A program made the position numbers and the translations under genes. A DNA stretch of 32,000 nucleotides from assembly GCF_020885515.1 (NCBI RefSeq), contig NZ_AP024987.1, positions 1,200,001-1,232,000 on the forward strand, in the 5' to 3' direction. The stretch comes from a cyanobacterium endosymbiont of Braarudosphaera bigelowii. GTDB lineage: Bacteria > Cyanobacteriota > Cyanobacteriia > Cyanobacteriales > Microcystaceae. The notes under the pieces are model-generated. The model did not search any database. It was not told the origin of the DNA and worked only from the letters and a program-made list of their open reading frames with translations. Positions 29,335-32,000 of the stretch are shown here, piece by piece; position 1 is the first letter of the stretch, and each line of letters opens with the position of its first letter.

Positions 29335-30543
29335 TTAATTATTATCAATACCCAAATGGCCTAACAGAGAATTTGCAATTCTTATAGAAGCTCCAGGAGA
29401 TCCAAATCTTTGTTGTCCTTTTTCTACGCAAGCCAATAGATATTCTTTATTGTTTATAGTATCCACAACACATCGGGCAGCCTCTCTTAGAGTTTCTAAA
29501 GAAGCAGGTCCTGTACCAATAGTTTGAGCACAACTACCAATTAATCTCGTTTGTGCTTCAGCAAAACTATAAGTAAACTGTGGTCCTTCTCCAGGTATTT
29601 GAATAACTGGTTTCCCAATAGCTATCCCTTGGTCTACTGCTAAACCAGCCATTCCAAGCATTAAAGTACACTCATGTAAAATATCGTTAAAAGCATCTGA
29701 GTAACATAGGATCTCTACTCTTTGTGCATTATTTTGGTGAATTAATTTATTATTATTACACTCCCATCCTTTACTGCTAGCAATTTCTTCTAACTTGCTC
29801 ATTAGTCTTGGAACCAAAGCCGCACGAAATTGAACTCTTGAAAAAGATGTAAGTTTACAAATTTCTAAGACAAAATCTAATTGTAATTTTAAGTTACGAA
29901 TTGCTTCTGGTAGTCTTGAACCTGGAAGTAAAGCAATCATAGGGATATTAGCTTGAAGATTTAAGTTTTTGCCAGTAGGCTTTAATTTATCAAGAGAAGG
30001 GATACCACCAAATTTGGCCTTACTTATATTTTGGCTCTGCAAATCTTGGGCAGTATAAGGATCTCTAGTAAATACAGTTAGACATCTGGAAGAATGTAAA
30101 AAAGTTCCTAAAAAAGGACCTATATTTAATTTCCCTTCATAAAGAGCAGATAAACAAGATATAAAAGAAATATAAGGGCGACCAGTAGAATAAGCAAAAC
30201 CTTGAGATATTGAATCTCCCGTAGCCATTATCAAATCACAGGTAGTGGAATATTCCCAAACTTTTTGCAATTGTCTCCAAGTTAAACTTAATAGTCCCGA
30301 TTGTAGATCCTTTAAAAAATGCAATCGATTAGTATAAGAAAAGCCGCCGGATGGTATATTCTGTGTTGGACCAATAATAGGAATACCTAATCGACGATAA
30401 GCATTACCTTCACCGACTATGGGCATTGCTGCTATCTCTATACTTGGGTGCATCTCTAGTAAAGTTTCAATAATATAAGATGAATGATTATCTTCTCCAT
30501 GACCATTACTGATAAATAAAATTCGTTTTGATGATGATGACAT
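29335..30543 (-). CDS. Lipid-A-disaccharide synthase-related (LpxB-like GT-B) protein
   Basis: 402 aa. 'ILFISNGHGED' at the N-terminus and 'ALLPGSRLPEA' resemble LpxB 'ALLPGSRGAEV'. The rest diverges from canonical LpxB. From memory this matches the cyanobacterial LpxB-related family rather than LpxB itself. It lies 72 bp upstream of the ABC exporter on the same strand. Confidence 0.68.
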   Translation of the reverse strand: MSSSSKRILFISNGHGEDNHSSYIIETLLEMHPSIEIAAMPIVGEGNAYRRLGIPIIGPTQNIPSGGFSYTNRLHFLKDLQSGLLSLTWRQLQKVWEYSTTCDLIMATGDSISQGFAYSTGRPYISFISCLSALYEGKLNIGPFLGTFLHSSRCLTVFTRDPYTAQDLQSQNISKAKFGGIPSLDKLKPTGKNLNLQANIPMIALLPGSRLPEAIRNLKLQLDFVLEICKLTSFSRVQFRAALVPRLMSKLEEIASSKGWECNNNKLIHQNNAQRVEILCYSDAFNDILHECTLMLGMAGLAVDQGIAIGKPVIQIPGEGPQFTYSFAEAQTRLIGSCAQTIGTGPASLETLREAARCVVDTINNKEYLLACVEKGQQRFGSPGASIRIANSLLGHLGIDNN

Positions 30544-31220
30544 AATGATTTTTTAGGCAATCTCTAATAATTATTATTTAAGCCCAAATTTTAGAATTTA
30601 TTAATTATGTTTTTAAAAGATTATCTAAATACTATTGGCTAACTACTCTTTTCTGGACTCTGAAAATTTATTTAGCCTATTGAAATTTTATAGAATAAAA
30701 ATAACATTGTCAGTTTTCTCATTAATATTTAGAAACTGAATTGATACATAATAAATAATCAATAGCTATTGTATTAGATTAATCTTCAAAATAATAATAG
30801 TTTATTCTAATTATAATTATTAGTTCATATTAAATGTGTTAATTTAATTAGTTTATACTCATATACAATCTGAGACTTAAATTTTTTAAAATATTATATG
30901 TGTTTATTCTTTATCGTTCCAAAATTATTAACAAAGATTTTTCTAAAGTAAATTTATAAATAGTGCATATTATTTTAGATAAAGAGCAAATTAAAAAAAA
31001 TTTATCTTAATTTTATACTCAAGATTATTTGTTGTTAGCCAAGTATAAACTAACTTTTAGCTTCTGAGAAAAATCAATATGAATTATTTAGTTAATCTAT
31101 ATTAAAAAGTTATACTCTGATTCGTGAATGTAATTTTCTGGTATATTATCCTAACTAAAATTCTAATAAGTTTCACTAAAGAATAAACGATATTCTTTCC
31201 ATAATCTAGACTGCCTTACA

Positions 31221-32000
31221 TTATTCGGTTATCTTTGTGAAAAAATCAATAGTTTCTTTTAAAGCCACAGTAAATTTATCTATTTCTTCAAAAGTATTAT
31301 AAAAGTATAAACTTGCTCTAGCACTTCCTGAAGCTTTTAATAAGTGATGTAAAGGTTGAGTACAATGATCTCCAGAACGAATAGCAATTCCTTCATTATC
31401 TAATAAAGTTGATAAATCACTTCCGTGTATTCCATCTACATTAAATGATGCCAAGGCAGCCTTTCCTATGCCATTTTTAATTTTCTTTACTCCATAAGCC
31501 CTGAGATTTGGAATTCTTTCTAATTGTTGAAATAAATAACTTGATAACTGTTCTTCATAAGAATGAATGGTATTCATTCCTATCTCCGTTAAGTAATCAA
31601 CAGCTCTTCCTAAAGCTATTGCTTCTGCTATTGCTGGAGTCCCTGCTTCAAATTTATGAGGTAATTCTCCATAAGTAAAATGATCGAGAAATACTTCATC
31701 AATCATTTCTCCTCCTCCCAAGAATGGAGGCATTGATTCTAAAATTTTACGTTTTCCGTATAAAAAACCAATACCAGTGGGACCACACATTTTATGACCA
31801 CTTGCTACCAACCAATCACAATCAATATTTTGTATATCAATTGGAGTATGTGGAACACTTTGACATGCATCAATTAATACTTTAGCTCCAAAACTATGAG
31901 ATAGTTTAGTTATTTCTTCAATTGGGTTTATACAACCCAGCATATTAGAGATATGAACGATAGAAACCAGTTTAGTCTTTTCAGATAACATTGATTTAAA
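31221..32000 (-). CDS. sufS: Cysteine desulfurase SufS (group II), C-terminal part; the gene continues past the window edge
   Basis: The ORF is open to the end of the window. It has the PLP-lysine context 'ASGHKMCGPTGIGFLYG', the catalytic Cys loop 'RSGDHCTQPLH', and 'ARASLYFYNTFEEIDKF'. Confidence 0.9.
   Translation of the reverse strand, partial: FKSMLSEKTKLVSIVHISNMLGCINPIEEITKLSHSFGAKVLIDACQSVPHTPIDIQNIDCDWLVASGHKMCGPTGIGFLYGKRKILESMPPFLGGGEMIDEVFLDHFTYGELPHKFEAGTPAIAEAIALGRAVDYLTEIGMNTIHSYEEQLSSYLFQQLERIPNLRAYGVKKIKNGIGKAALASFNVDGIHGSDLSTLLDNEGIAIRSGDHCTQPLHHLLKASGSARASLYFYNTFEEIDKFTVALKETIDFFTKITE

Noticed and set aside
1-32000. CRISPR arrays, defence islands, toxin-antitoxin pairs, transposases or integrases, rRNA, tRNA or tmRNA genes, and HIP1 (GCGATCGC) repeats
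   Set aside because: Manual reading of both strands found none. The only partial matches were 'gatcgc' and 'cgatcg'. The scan was by eye and not exhaustive, so tRNAscan, Rfam or a repeat finder should confirm it.

Overview
This is a strongly AT-biased cyanobacterial chromosome segment made up almost entirely of core genes. I support 21 protein-coding genes and one clear pseudogene.

Gene content, in order:
- psaA-psaB, the photosystem I core.
- A convergent two-gene unit: an unknown membrane protein followed by a DHNA-CoA-type hotdog thioesterase (phylloquinone pathway).
- A heavily eroded copper P1B-type ATPase pseudogene.
- clpR-clpP (ClpP3/R type).
- A short squalene-synthase-like gene.
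- The rimP-nusA-ylxR-infB operon.
- An isolated 997-aa two-domain glycosyltransferase.
- tsaC, a CCA-adding/poly(A) polymerase family gene, remA-gmk and rlmN.
- A B12-domain radical SAM gene.
- An LpxB-related gene followed by an MsbA-like ABC exporter.
- The 3' part of sufS, which runs off the window edge.

I found no rRNA, tRNA, CRISPR array, transposase, integrase, or recognisable defence or toxin-antitoxin genes.

The PsaA/PsaB sequences look like the unicellular Cyanothece/Crocosphaera type. Together with the low GC, the 0.4-0.8 kb ORF-free spacers and the decayed transporter gene, this points to a genome-reduced symbiont or organelle lineage such as UCYN-A (Candidatus Atelocyanobacterium thalassa). 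That assignment is inference only and was not checked by any search.

I do not see a convincing new multi-gene system. The best candidates for follow-up are:
- the intact GT-B + GT-A fusion glycosyltransferase flanked by spacers;
- the LpxB-related/ABC exporter pair;
- the conserved B12-radical SAM protein of unknown substrate;
- the Cu-ATPase pseudogene next to the PSI genes;
- two substitutions at normally invariant PsaA positions;
- perfect hairpins at all five convergent gene junctions, one of them 31 bp long;
- a terminator-like hairpin in the rimP-nusA leader.
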